Positions 9,633-19,924 of a stretch of DNA of 64,000 nt are shown piece by piece. The notes beneath the pieces are model-generated. The model saw only the letters and a list, made by a program, of their open reading frames with translations, was not told where the DNA came from and did not search any database. Where the stretch lies: NCBI GenBank assembly GCA_944387375.1, contig CALXEQ010000003.1, positions 69,942 to 133,941 on the forward strand, read 5' to 3'. Numbering within the stretch: position 1 is the stretch's first letter; each line of letters begins with the position of its first letter. A program made the translations under genes and the position numbers. Origin of the DNA: an uncultured Clostridia bacterium (GTDB taxonomy: Bacteria; Bacillota; Clostridia; TANB77; CAG-465).

Positions 9633-11099
9633 TTATTGAATATTTTTATCTGGCATTTCTTGTGCTATTTTTCTTACAACTTCTCTATCATCAAAATGTA
9701 GTTTTTTATTTTTCTCTACTTCTTGATAAGTCTCATGACCTTTTCCAGCTATTATGATAACATCACTTTTCCATGCAATTCTCATTGCAAATTTTATAGC
9801 TTGACGTCTATTTTCTATTGACTTATATAATCCTCTTGTTTGTTTCATTCCACTTTCTATATCTTTTATAATATCTGCTGGCTTTTCATTTCTAGGATTA
9901 TCTGAAGTTATAACAGTAAAATCTGCAAGACGACCAGCTACCTCTCCCATCATTGCTCTTTTTGCTTTATCTCTATCTCCTCCACATCCAAACACGCAAA
10001 TAACTCTTCCTCTTGTATATTTTTTGGCAGAAGAAAGTATTGCTTCAAGACTTGATGGGGTATGTGCATAATCTATAATAACTGTAAATGTTTTATTTAA
10101 ATCTATTACTTCATTTCTTCCAGGAACTCTAACTGCTGCAAGTGCTGCAAGTATAGAATCCATTTGAGCTCCAAATAAACTACATACGCCTATTGCTGCA
10201 AGTGCATTATATACTGTAAATCTACCAGGTATGTTTATTCTTATTGTTTCCAACATTTTGTTAATATACATCTTAAATTCAACAAAAGATGGATTAACTC
10301 TTACATCTGTTGCAGTTAAATCTACATCATTATCTAATCCAAAAGTTGCCATCTTAATTTTTATCATTTTCATAAGCTTTGGTGCATATATATCATCGCC
10401 ATTAATAATTGCAAAGTCTGACATTTCAAAAAGTTTTGCCTTTGCCTTTAGATATTCATCCATTGTCTTATGAAAATCTAAATGATCTTCAGATAAATTC
10501 GTAAATACACCTACTATAAATTTAATTCCATATACTCTATTTAACTCTAAAGCATGAGATGAAACTTCCATTACCACATATTCCATTCCAGCATCTACCA
10601 TTCTTGCAAGTAATGCTTGTAAATCTAAAGATTCTGGCGATGTTCTAATAGACTCTTCTACCTTATTAGCATAAGTGTTACATATAGTACCTATCATTCC
10701 TATTTTTTTACCAGCAGCAAGCATTATATCTCTTATCATATATGCAGTTGTAGTTTTTCCTTTTGTTCCTGTAATTCCAATTATTTTTAACTTTCTAGCA
10801 GGACTTCCATAGTAAGTAGCAGATATAATTGCAAGTGCTATTCTTACATCTTCAACTTGTATATATGTAATCCCTTCATCTCTTTCTTCAATTTCATCTT
10901 GTGCAACTATAGCAATAGCACCTTTTTCTATTGCCTCTTTAATATATCTTTTACCATCTTCTTTATATCCATTTATTGCAACAAATATATCACCTTTGGT
11001 AATTTTTTTAGAGTTATACTCTATTTTATTTATATCTATATTAGTATCTCCATTAATTTTAACATTTGTTAAATTTTCAATTAAATATTGTAAAAGCAT
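9633..11099 (-). CDS. murE: UDP-N-acetylmuramoyl-L-alanyl-D-glutamate--2,6-diaminopimelate ligase MurE
   Basis: Mur ligase motifs: GITGTKGKTTT P-loop and a DNPR-type motif (SDNPRNEKP). Confidence 0.9.
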   Translation of the reverse strand: MLLQYLIENLTNVKINGDTNIDINKIEYNSKKITKGDIFVAINGYKEDGKRYIKEAIEKGAIAIVAQDEIEERDEGITYIQVEDVRIALAIISATYYGSPARKLKIIGITGTKGKTTTAYMIRDIMLAAGKKIGMIGTICNTYANKVEESIRTSPESLDLQALLARMVDAGMEYVVMEVSSHALELNRVYGIKFIVGVFTNLSEDHLDFHKTMDEYLKAKAKLFEMSDFAIINGDDIYAPKLMKMIKIKMATFGLDNDVDLTATDVRVNPSFVEFKMYINKMLETIRINIPGRFTVYNALAAIGVCSLFGAQMDSILAALAAVRVPGRNEVIDLNKTFTVIIDYAHTPSSLEAILSSAKKYTRGRVICVFGCGGDRDKAKRAMMGEVAGRLADFTVITSDNPRNEKPADIIKDIESGMKQTRGLYKSIENRRQAIKFAMRIAWKSDVIIIAGKGHETYQEVEKNKKLHFDDREVVRKIAQEMPDKNIQ

Positions 11100-11156
11100 A
11101 ATAAGCCTCCATTCTGATTAATTATTATATCATACTTAATTTATACTTGCAAATAA

Positions 11157-13337
11157 TTATGGTAACTCACTCAAATCATCAACACATTTTATAGTAACAA
11201 TAGAACCCATCTCTATTTCTTCTTGAGGAGTTACATCTTGTGTTAAAACATATCCTTTTCCCTCTATTCTTACATTAAGTCCTACATTTTTAAATGCTGC
11301 TGTTGCCTCAGCTGTACTCATATTTCTTACATCTGGAACATTTACCTTTTTAGACTCTTCTCCATCTTTATATACCATTATACTTGAACCAGATACTAAA
11401 GATGCACCACTTTTAGGAACTTGGTTTGTTATAACAGTATCTGATGCAAATTCTGAAGCTGTATTTAAAGTAAATCCACTCTCAGCTAATATTTGTTGTG
11501 CCTCACCATAAGTTTTTCCAACAACATTAGGTACAACTATCTCATTACTTTCAGTCTCTTCAATTGTATAATCTGTTTGAATATCCATATATTTTAATAC
11601 TTCATCTATTATAGAGCCAACAACAGGTCCGCAAATTGCTGCTCCTCCATGTCCAGATGGTCCTTTTGGATCATACAAATTCATAACAACAACTATTTCT
11701 GGATTGCTTGCAGGTCCAATTCCAACAAATCCAGCTAAATATTTTGTGTTGTCTCCTCTACCATTTTCACCAGTCGCTGTTTTTCCAGCCACCTGATAAT
11801 CTGATATTTTACCAGATTTAGCAGTTCCAAAATTAACAGTGTCAACAAGTGCACTCATTAACTCTGATGCTGTTTGTTCAGACATGATTTGTTTTAATAC
11901 TTTTGACTCTATTTGTTCATCATAGTTACCAGAATTACTCTTTATTTCCTTTACAACATATGGTTCCACTAAATATCCACCATTTGCTACAGCGCAATAA
12001 TTTACAGCAGTCTGAAGAGTAGTTATCTGTATAGTCTGCCCAAATGAAGATGTAGCTAAATCTACATCAGTCATAGCAGATTCATCATGCATTATACCAG
12101 TAGCTTCTCCTGGGAGATCTATTCCAGTTTTAGAATTCAAATTAAATGCTCTTATATATTCCATAAACGCTGGTATTCCCATTTTTTGAGATACTTGCAT
12201 AAACACAGGATTACATGAATTCATAATTCCTTCTCTTAAAGATTCACTACCATGAGGATTATAATATCTCCAACACTTTATTGTCCATGTTCCTACATTC
12301 ATTTGTCCTGCACAATAAAATACTTTATCATCAATGTTTACTATATTTTCTTCTAAAGTAGCAGTTGCAGTAATAAGCTTAAATGTAGAACCTGGCTCTT
12401 GTGTATCAGATATAGCTTTATTTCTCCACATTTGATTTAACGCTTCACTCTTTTGTTTAGTATCCATTGAATCCCACTGAGATTTTAATTCATCCGTATT
12501 TGGTGTAAAGGGATCATTAGGATCAAATGTAGGATAATTTGCCATTGCAAGAACTTCTCCTGTTGAAGGTCTCATTATAACAATACTACCATATTCTGCT
12601 ATATTTTCTTCAACTGCTTTACTTAAATATTTTTCTACAATAGATTGTATTGTTGCATCTATTGTAAGTACAATATCTTTTCCATCTTCTGCTGCTATAT
12701 ATTGCTCTTGGGTAAAAGGTGTTTCTCTTCCACTTCCGTCAAAACTTGCCACAATTTTTCCAGGTGTTCCTGCTAAGTTACTTTCATAATATGCCTCAAC
12801 TCCTGCAAGCCCTTGATTATCTGTACCAACAAATCCTAAGACATGAGAAAGTAATGTACCATATGGATATACCCTTGACATATCTTCATCAACACTTATC
12901 CCTGTTATATCATTTTCATCTAAATATTCTAACAATTTTTGAGATATTTCTTGGTCAACTTTTGTTGCTAAAGTTACACTTGAAACATTTTGTTGTAATT
13001 TTTTTAAAATTTCATCTTTATCTTTTTCTAAAATTTGGGCAATATTTGTTGCGATATTTTCTTTATTATCTTTAGAGACACTATTGGGTACTGCAGTTAC
13101 AATATTAGTAGATATACTTTGTGCGAGTACTCTTTCTCCTGTTGTATCATATATAGTACCTCTTTTTGGTTCAACACTTTTACTTCTTGTTTGCTGAGCA
13201 TAAGCTTTTTGAGAATAATAGTCAGTTTTTATAATTTGTATATACAAAAGTCTAACAAGTAATAATGCCGCAACACTAATACATGCTATCATCATTATAA
13301 GAACTCTTTTTTGACTATTTACACTAACATATGACAC
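11157..13337 (-). CDS. class B penicillin-binding protein (FtsI/SpoVD-like) with C-terminal PASTA domain
   Basis: Transpeptidase motifs STFK, SCN, KTGT. C-terminal PASTA-like segment (VPNVVGKTYGEAQQIL...). Start GTG at 13337 with RBS GAGGTGAG. Confidence 0.85.
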   Translation of the reverse strand: MSYVSVNSQKRVLIMMIACISVAALLLVRLLYIQIIKTDYYSQKAYAQQTRSKSVEPKRGTIYDTTGERVLAQSISTNIVTAVPNSVSKDNKENIATNIAQILEKDKDEILKKLQQNVSSVTLATKVDQEISQKLLEYLDENDITGISVDEDMSRVYPYGTLLSHVLGFVGTDNQGLAGVEAYYESNLAGTPGKIVASFDGSGRETPFTQEQYIAAEDGKDIVLTIDATIQSIVEKYLSKAVEENIAEYGSIVIMRPSTGEVLAMANYPTFDPNDPFTPNTDELKSQWDSMDTKQKSEALNQMWRNKAISDTQEPGSTFKLITATATLEENIVNIDDKVFYCAGQMNVGTWTIKCWRYYNPHGSESLREGIMNSCNPVFMQVSQKMGIPAFMEYIRAFNLNSKTGIDLPGEATGIMHDESAMTDVDLATSSFGQTIQITTLQTAVNYCAVANGGYLVEPYVVKEIKSNSGNYDEQIESKVLKQIMSEQTASELMSALVDTVNFGTAKSGKISDYQVAGKTATGENGRGDNTKYLAGFVGIGPASNPEIVVVMNLYDPKGPSGHGGAAICGPVVGSIIDEVLKYMDIQTDYTIEETESNEIVVPNVVGKTYGEAQQILAESGFTLNTASEFASDTVITNQVPKSGASLVSGSSIMVYKDGEESKKVNVPDVRNMSTAEATAAFKNVGLNVRIEGKGYVLTQDVTPQEEIEMGSIVTIKCVDDLSELP

Positions 13338-13427
13338 AATCTCACCTCTTCTCTTTAAGATAATAACCAAGACAAATAAAAAGCCCTACTACATAATACT
13401 TAAAATTTGCCTTGGTTATTCATAATT

Positions 13428-13928
13428 TTACAAAAATATTCCTTTTATATAGTTAATAATTTTTTCAATAATAGAAACTTCTTGATTTACCTGCACTTTA
13501 TTTAATTCTTGCGATGTATCTATATATACTGTTTGACTACTATCGGCTTTTTGCATTCCAAGTTGCTGTTTTGCATAAGCTTCAATAGAATTTAAATCTG
13601 TATTTTGATCTACCTCAATTTGAGCAGTTGCTGCTTGAGATGATACAATCTCTAATTCTTTTTCCAAATTTTGTACTTCAAGATTTTTTTCATTAATTAA
13701 TCCAAATCTATATGTAATAATAACAGACATAGTAAAACCACAAAGTATGAATGCCACCATAGAAGCATTTTTTCTTCTTTGTACCTGTTGTGCTCTTTTA
13801 TAATTTTTACTTGACACATTTTTTCTTTTGGTAGTATTAGTTTTTCTTCTAGGTATATCATCTGGTACTATTTGTCTTGCTGCAGAACCATCTTGATAAT
13901 ACTGACTATTAACTCTTCTAGCTGGCAT
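13428..13928 (-). CDS. ftsL: cell division protein FtsL / septum formation initiator-like
   Basis: Basic N-terminal tail, single TM, coiled-coil periplasmic part. Conserved position between rsmH and the PBP gene. Confidence 0.6.
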   Translation of the reverse strand: MPARRVNSQYYQDGSAARQIVPDDIPRRKTNTTKRKNVSSKNYKRAQQVQRRKNASMVAFILCGFTMSVIITYRFGLINEKNLEVQNLEKELEIVSSQAATAQIEVDQNTDLNSIEAYAKQQLGMQKADSSQTVYIDTSQELNKVQVNQEVSIIEKIINYIKGIFL

Positions 13929-14003
13929 CTATATTTTTCACCTCTTTTTCTATAAAATACCATTACTATTACTACATACAATACTACATCTATTCTACAT
14001 TTA

Positions 14004-14942
14004 TTATTTTTCTATTCTTTCAAACACTCTAAGTTTTGCACTTCTTGCTCTAGGATTTTGTTTCAATTCCTCCTCTGTTGAAATAATAGGTTTCTTATTA
14101 ACTATCTTTCCATATGATTTATAATTACAAACACATACTGGGAAATCTTTTGGACATGTACATCTGCCCTCCATTTCTTCATATGCATGTTTTACTATTT
14201 TATCTTCTAGTGAATGAAATGTTATTATAGCAAGTCTTCCACCATTATTTAAAGATAAAATGCTATCTATTACAGCTTGTTTTAGTTTTTCCAATTCTTG
14301 ATTTACTTCTATTCTTATAGCCTGAAATACTCTTTTGGCTGGATGCTGCTTTTCATTTAAAGCTCTTTGTGGCATTGCACTTTTAATAATGTCCACAAGC
14401 TCGAAAGTTGTTTCAATGCTTTTTTGTTTTCTTGCTTCACAAATTTTTTTTGCAATTTGTCTTGAATATCTTTCTTCACCAAAGTCTTTAAAAATTCTAT
14501 ATAATTTATCTTCATCATATTTATTAACTACATCATATGCACTAAATTTATCTTCTCTATTCATACGCATATCTAATTTTGCATCGTGCATATAGCTAAA
14601 ACCTCTATCAGCTTCATCTAATTGATATGATGATACTCCTAAATCCAATAATATTCCATCGACATGATATATTTTTAAATCTTCTAATATTTTAATAATA
14701 TTTGCATGATTATCATGAACTACTTTAAAATTTGAAAATTCTTTCAATTTCTCTGTAGCAGCATTTATAGCATCCATATCACGATCTATTCCAATTAGCA
14801 TTCCAGTATTATTTAATTTCTTTAATATATAATATGAATGACCTCCACCGCCAAGCGTTCCATCAACATATATTCCATTTTCTTTTATATTTAAATTTTC
14901 TATACACTCATTTAATAGCACTGATCTATGTTTAAATTCCAT
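14004..14942 (-). CDS. rsmH: 16S rRNA (cytosine1402-N4)-methyltransferase RsmH (MraW)
   Basis: SAM-binding motif DGTLGGGGHS. dcw position after mraZ. Confidence 0.9.
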   Translation of the reverse strand: MEFKHRSVLLNECIENLNIKENGIYVDGTLGGGGHSYYILKKLNNTGMLIGIDRDMDAINAATEKLKEFSNFKVVHDNHANIIKILEDLKIYHVDGILLDLGVSSYQLDEADRGFSYMHDAKLDMRMNREDKFSAYDVVNKYDEDKLYRIFKDFGEERYSRQIAKKICEARKQKSIETTFELVDIIKSAMPQRALNEKQHPAKRVFQAIRIEVNQELEKLKQAVIDSILSLNNGGRLAIITFHSLEDKIVKHAYEEMEGRCTCPKDFPVCVCNYKSYGKIVNKKPIISTEEELKQNPRARSAKLRVFERIEK

Positions 14943-15039
14943 TTTTACCTCGTTTATACTATAATTTAATTTAAATAATTTTATCTTTTGTACATTTACT
15001 TTTTTATCTTTTGTTTATTTATCTTCTTTTGTATATATC

Positions 15040-15471
15040 CTAAATGCCTAAATTAGACATTTGAGATGCTATTTTTGAAACATCAAGAGAATCAGAATTA
15101 GTATATTTATCCCAATTTTCACTATTCCATATCTCTGCTCGAGTTGAAACTCCAACTATTACTACATCTTTTTGTATTTTTGCATATTCTCTTAAATTTT
15201 GTGGTATATTAATTCTTCCTTGTTTATCTACTTCACACTCTGATGCACCTGCAAAAAAGAATCTAACAAAACTTCTTGCCTCTTGGCTTGTTATTGGTAA
15301 GTTTTTTAATTTATCTTCAAACTTTTTCCATTCATCTTTAGAATATAAATATAAACAATTATCTAGTCCCTTAGTAACTACAAATGATTGTCCTAAATCA
15401 CATCTAAATTTTGAAGGTACGCTTACTCTACCTTTAGCATCTACATTGTGTCTATACTCACCTAATAACAT
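15040..15471 (-). CDS. mraZ: division/cell wall cluster transcriptional repressor MraZ
   Basis: Two DXXXR-containing MraZ repeats (MLLGEYRHNVDAKGRVSVP...). Start ATG at 15471 with RBS GGAAAAGAGGTG. The longer track ORF is an upstream extension. Confidence 0.85.
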   Translation of the reverse strand: MLLGEYRHNVDAKGRVSVPSKFRCDLGQSFVVTKGLDNCLYLYSKDEWKKFEDKLKNLPITSQEARSFVRFFFAGASECEVDKQGRINIPQNLREYAKIQKDVVIVGVSTRAEIWNSENWDKYTNSDSLDVSKIASQMSNLGI

Positions 15472-15756
15472 TTTGTACACCTCTTTTCCACATGTTGCCA
15501 CTATATACCACTTCACATTTATTCTATTATAAATAAAAATAAAAATCAATAGTTTTAAGTAAAAAATATTAAAAAATAAGCTACTTTTATCTACATTAGT
15601 TTACTTAATTAGTCAAAAATCTAAATGTTATTTTGTTACAAAAAAGTTATTATAATTTAACATTTATATCATATCATATTTTATTTTTAGCAGAGCTTTA
15701 AGTACACTTTTACATAAAATTGTTGTAATGTAGTAATCATTTTGAAACAAATAATA

Positions 15757-15801
15757 AAATAATTAGAAAATAGGAATATATCCCATTTTCTAATTATTTT
15801 T
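15757..15801 (-). terminator. intrinsic terminator of the cysteine desulfurase gene, overlapping its stop codon
   Basis: 16-bp perfect inverted repeat aaaataattagaaaat/attttctaattatttt with a 13-nt loop, T-rich on the minus strand downstream. Confidence 0.4.
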
Positions 15802-16926
15802 CTTACTTCTAATAATATTTACACTTCTTTTTAAAACATATGCTATTTTATCCATGTCATAAATAGTATTTTCTGAAGAAAGTGTTATTCTAAGAGCTGT
15901 ATTTTCTTGACCTATTGCTTTTAAAACATGAGATAATTCTTTTTGAGAGGAATTACATGCACTTCCTCCAGAAGCACAAATTCCATTCATATCCAAAAAT
16001 ATCATAAGTTCTGATGAATCTACTCCATTTATACTAATATTTAAATTACTACTTATTCTATTTTGTTTATCTCCATTAATAATAACTCCTTCAATTTCAC
16101 TATTTAAAATATTATATAAATAATCTCTTAACATCTTTTCTTTTTTATTATATTTAGTTAAATTTTTTACAGTAATATCAAGTGCTTCTGCCATTCCAAC
16201 AATTCCTGCTACATTTTCTGTTCCAGGTCTTATACCTTTTTCTTGATGTCCACCACAAATAACATTTTCTATACTTATACCACTTCTTAAGTATAATGCA
16301 CCAACTCCCTTTGGTCCATTAAACTTATGTGCTGACATAGTAAGTGCATCTATATTTTTTACATCCACTTTTAAATGTGGCATTGCTTGTACTGCATCCG
16401 TATGAAATATTATTCCTTTTTCTTTTGCAAGACTTGAAATTTCATCTATATTTTGAATAGTACCAATTTCATTATTTACATACATAATAGATATTAAAAT
16501 TGTATCTTCTCGTATTGCCTCTTTAATTTTTCCAACATCTATTATTCCATTTTTTTGAGGCTGAACATACGTTACTTCAAACCCTTCTAACTCTAGCTTT
16601 TTACAAGCATTTAAGACTGCTAAATGCTCTATACTAGATGTTATAATATGTTTTCCTTTATACATATATCTATGTGCTACTCCCTGTATTGCCATATTAT
16701 CTGCCTCTGTACCAGATGCAGTAAAATATATCTCATCAGGATTTGCATTTATACATTTAGCAATTTTCTTTCTGCTATCATCAATTGCTTTACTAGATAT
16801 CTTTCCTAAACTATACGTAGTAGATGCATTACCATAATTTTCTTTTAAATATGGTAGCATCTTATATAATACATTCTCATTTAATCTTGTCGTCGAACTA
16901 TTATCAACATATATATATCTATTCAT
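15790..16926 (-). CDS. cysteine desulfurase, NifS/IscS class V aminotransferase family
   Basis: PLP-lysine region SAHKFNGPKGVGALY, catalytic Cys loop SGGSACNS. Start ATG at 16926 (MNRYIYVDNSSTT). Confidence 0.85.
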   Translation of the reverse strand: MNRYIYVDNSSTTRLNENVLYKMLPYLKENYGNASTTYSLGKISSKAIDDSRKKIAKCINANPDEIYFTASGTEADNMAIQGVAHRYMYKGKHIITSSIEHLAVLNACKKLELEGFEVTYVQPQKNGIIDVGKIKEAIREDTILISIMYVNNEIGTIQNIDEISSLAKEKGIIFHTDAVQAMPHLKVDVKNIDALTMSAHKFNGPKGVGALYLRSGISIENVICGGHQEKGIRPGTENVAGIVGMAEALDITVKNLTKYNKKEKMLRDYLYNILNSEIEGVIINGDKQNRISSNLNISINGVDSSELMIFLDMNGICASGGSACNSSQKELSHVLKAIGQENTALRITLSSENTIYDMDKIAYVLKRSVNIIRSKKNN

Positions 16927-16992
16927 AAAAATCACATCCTATTTTATTTTATGAATAGATATTTATTTAGTGATAACAAATTAAATTTATAT

Positions 16993-18846
16993 TTAATTTA
17001 TTTCTTTATCATACTGTTCTTCTTCAACTTGATTTATATTTTTATTTTTTTCTATAACTTTTCCTGTATCTAGTAAAGGAATATTAAGTCTTTTGCATTC
17101 CTCTATCTGCTCTTTAGTAATCTCACCCATTGAAAGTATACCTGTTGGTCTCATCTCTTTATATTTATAGTTTTCATCTATCCCATCATAATCTTTATTT
17201 TTCTCATTAGCTATATTTATTTCGCTAAATGAAGAATTTGATTCTACAATTTCTTTAGGAGACGCTATTCTATTTACTCTATTTGTTAAATTATCCCTAT
17301 CATCTACCGTATAAGAATCTCCCTCATATACATTTATTATTCGTTTAGGGTCGACTTTATCATAAACGTATATTATACTATTTGTTGCATTATTAAATAC
17401 ACTTAAATTTTTATCTGATATAAGTGAGTATGAAGACTGTGAATTATTTGTACCCTCATGATATTGTCTATTTAATACTCTTACTAGAAGATAATATGAT
17501 TTTTTACTTAAGTCATACACACCTATATCATTTTTATTACTTTCTTCAATAGAAAAAGCATCTATATTATCCTCTGCTTTAAACAAAGAATCATTTATTT
17601 CTTGATATGACATTTCTTTTAATTTTGAGATATCATTATAAAAAGAAGCCATTACATTTTTTTCTTTTAACTCTTCATACATCTCTATTTTCTTATCATT
17701 TGGAATATTATCTAAATTTTTAATTATACTATAAAAATCCGACTTACCACTGTCTAATACTTTTTTATCTTTACTTAAATGATTATTATATTTTAGCATT
17801 TCATTTATATTAAGGCTAACATTCTTTTTCGTATCATTAAATAGCGAATCTATTATTACTTCGCTAAGTTTTTCACTCGTTCTATTTTTCAAGTACTCAT
17901 TTAATTTATATTTATCTTTTAAATTTTTTATTATATCAAATTTAGTATTACCATCTAATATATAATTTTTATTACTCTCATATAATTTATCTATTTGTTC
18001 TTGAGTTTGAAAATCATATTGCTTAAAGATACCTTTTTCTTTATCATATGAATTTATTATACTTTCTCTATAGTTATCTACTTTTCTTTGAATTATATAT
18101 GAGTAATTGTTTCTATACAATCTATTTATATTTCTTCTAAAATCAACAAAGTTATCTGCTTTTAACTTTTCAAAAAAATAGTCTTGTTTCATTATATCTG
18201 TTGGAAAATGTATTCCATCTTCTGCCATCTTTAAAATATTAAAGTCTTTACACATTGTTAAAGCTCTAGGATCATTACTAATAAAGGATTGTTGTATTTT
18301 CTTATTAGACGAAGATACTATATCTTTTACTAAATCATAGCTTAAATCTTCTTTTAAAAGTTTTTCCTTTGATTCATTATTAATCCCTCTATAAAAATAA
18401 TTTAAATTTTTATATTTTTCACTATCTTTTTCCACTTTTCCAATAATTTTTCTTACATCATCATAACTTGCATTTTCTAAAATAGAGTAACAGTTATCTA
18501 TATTTTTTAAAAAATAATCATAATATTTATCATCTAAAGCTACCTTATTTATTAACTTTTTACCATCACCATAATTAGATAAAGTTACAATATACCTATA
18601 TGATGAATTTAGATCTTTTATCTTATCTATATCTAAGTTATCTATGCAAGTATTTACCCCAAATGTTTCTACAACACTTCTAATACAAGAATATGAAAAA
18701 TTACTTTCTCCAAGCTCTTTATATAATTTTTCTTGAAACTTTCTATTTTCTATAATACCTTTTTTGTCTATGTTATGCTCTTGTATATATTTACATATTT
18801 CTTCTATACTTGCCAAACTTCCGGCAATCTCTTCTATATTATCCAT
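16993..18846 (-). CDS. hypothetical cytoplasmic protein (617 aa), no recognisable domain
   Basis: Long uninterrupted ORF with strong RBS GGAGG and ATG at 18846. Lies 54 nt upstream of the nifS-like gene on the same strand. No motifs recognised. Confidence 0.6.
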   Translation of the reverse strand: MDNIEEIAGSLASIEEICKYIQEHNIDKKGIIENRKFQEKLYKELGESNFSYSCIRSVVETFGVNTCIDNLDIDKIKDLNSSYRYIVTLSNYGDGKKLINKVALDDKYYDYFLKNIDNCYSILENASYDDVRKIIGKVEKDSEKYKNLNYFYRGINNESKEKLLKEDLSYDLVKDIVSSSNKKIQQSFISNDPRALTMCKDFNILKMAEDGIHFPTDIMKQDYFFEKLKADNFVDFRRNINRLYRNNYSYIIQRKVDNYRESIINSYDKEKGIFKQYDFQTQEQIDKLYESNKNYILDGNTKFDIIKNLKDKYKLNEYLKNRTSEKLSEVIIDSLFNDTKKNVSLNINEMLKYNNHLSKDKKVLDSGKSDFYSIIKNLDNIPNDKKIEMYEELKEKNVMASFYNDISKLKEMSYQEINDSLFKAEDNIDAFSIEESNKNDIGVYDLSKKSYYLLVRVLNRQYHEGTNNSQSSYSLISDKNLSVFNNATNSIIYVYDKVDPKRIINVYEGDSYTVDDRDNLTNRVNRIASPKEIVESNSSFSEINIANEKNKDYDGIDENYKYKEMRPTGILSMGEITKEQIEECKRLNIPLLDTGKVIEKNKNINQVEEEQYDKEIN

Positions 18847-18866
18847 ATATTAACCTCCAAATTATC

Positions 18867-18974
18867 TTAAGCTAATCTATTTCCATTTATTAATGCATAA
18901 GCTGTAGCAATTCCAACTGCTACAAGTATTATGATTATACACACAAGCATTATAATTTTACTTTTTTTGTCCAT
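18867..18974 (-). CDS. 35-aa single-TM micro-protein (MDKKSKIIMLVCIIIILVAVGIATAYALINGNRLA)
   Basis: Strong RBS AAGGAGG about 5 nt before ATG. One TM helix. Lies 20 nt upstream of the 617-aa gene. Below the 60-aa cutoff of the ORF track. Confidence 0.45.
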   Translation of the reverse strand: MDKKSKIIMLVCIIIILVAVGIATAYALINGNRLA

Positions 18975-19054
18975 ATTATCCTCCTTAAGCTACTGTATAT
19001 TTTACCATAACAAAAAACAAAAGTATAGCCAAAATGCTATACTTAAAATGTTAA

Positions 19055-19708
19055 TTACTCTATTACCTTAGATGTTCCATCCGACATAACAGCCACTGCA
19101 AGAATTGTTGCTCCTCCATTATTTCTAGTAAATGTAGCTTTTTGAAGTCTTACTACATCTTTTAAATTATCTATATTTCTTAATGTAAAATCTCTTTTTA
19201 TAATGTCATTTCCCTCTATATATCTTACTGTTCCATCTTCCATTAAAAATAATACCTTACATGCACTTCCATATCCAGATACTAAAACTTGCACTATCTC
19301 TTTATCTATTACATCTGATTCGTACGTAATAGGGTCTCCATTATAATAAAAATAAGTTTCAGCTTCATCTGTTGTAGAAATTGTAAATTTATTATCATTT
19401 ACAAAAACATCTATTCCAGATAATCTATCAAACATTAACGATGTTCTTCTAAACTCATCACTATTAAATGTCATATCGTCTTTATTCACTTTTGCAGGTA
19501 ATATTTTTTCTTCTTTATTTGCTTGTGCTTTAAAGTTATTATACTCTGTTTCTAAATTAGTATAATTTGCTTTTTCTTGTTCAAGCTGTGAAGTAACTTG
19601 TGTTATTGTATCATTTCTTTTTATTATAGTATTAATACAAAATCCACATGCAACTATTGCTACAATTAAAAGTAAAAATAATGTAAGTGTTGGTATATAT
19701 TTTCTCAT
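19055..19708 (-). CDS. membrane-anchored coiled-coil protein, paralog of the 52332-53021 protein
   Basis: N-terminal TM, coiled coil, C-terminal domain with DGTVRY...NLKDVVRLQ...GGAT...SDGT. Start ATG at 19708 with RBS AGAGGTGAA. Confidence 0.55.
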   Translation of the reverse strand: MRKYIPTLTLFLLLIVAIVACGFCINTIIKRNDTITQVTSQLEQEKANYTNLETEYNNFKAQANKEEKILPAKVNKDDMTFNSDEFRRTSLMFDRLSGIDVFVNDNKFTISTTDEAETYFYYNGDPITYESDVIDKEIVQVLVSGYGSACKVLFLMEDGTVRYIEGNDIIKRDFTLRNIDNLKDVVRLQKATFTRNNGGATILAVAVMSDGTSKVIE

Positions 19709-19900
19709 TATATTCACCTCTACTTTAAGAATAGCACATTACTATAAATTTCTCAATATAATAATATAATTTAATCTAAATCTAAAATAACTGATGTTCC
19801 ATCTAATTTAAGTCCAGCAATATCTACATAACCAGAATAAAAAACTATAGCAGGCACAGCAATAATTAAAGCATATTCTAAAAAAATGCTTTTTTGTAAA

Positions 19901-19924
19901 GTTTTACGGTTGTAACCGTAAAAC
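19901..19924 (+). promoter_or_regulatory. perfect 9-bp inverted repeat (GTTTTACGG-TTGTAA-CCGTAAAAC) abutting the -35 of the AAA+ ATPase promoter
   Basis: Direct read. Ends 1 nt before the TTGATT -35 element. Confidence 0.35.

Noticed and set aside
19790-19895. Minus-strand open frame ...EYALIIAVPAIVFYSGYVDIAGLKLDGTSVILDLD*
   Set aside because: It has no in-frame start codon or RBS, since it is preceded by a stop. It may be a tiny gene remnant, but it cannot be supported as a feature. The adjacent AAAGCAT/ATGCTTT hairpin plus T-run (19868-19897) is probably the terminator of whatever was transcribed here.
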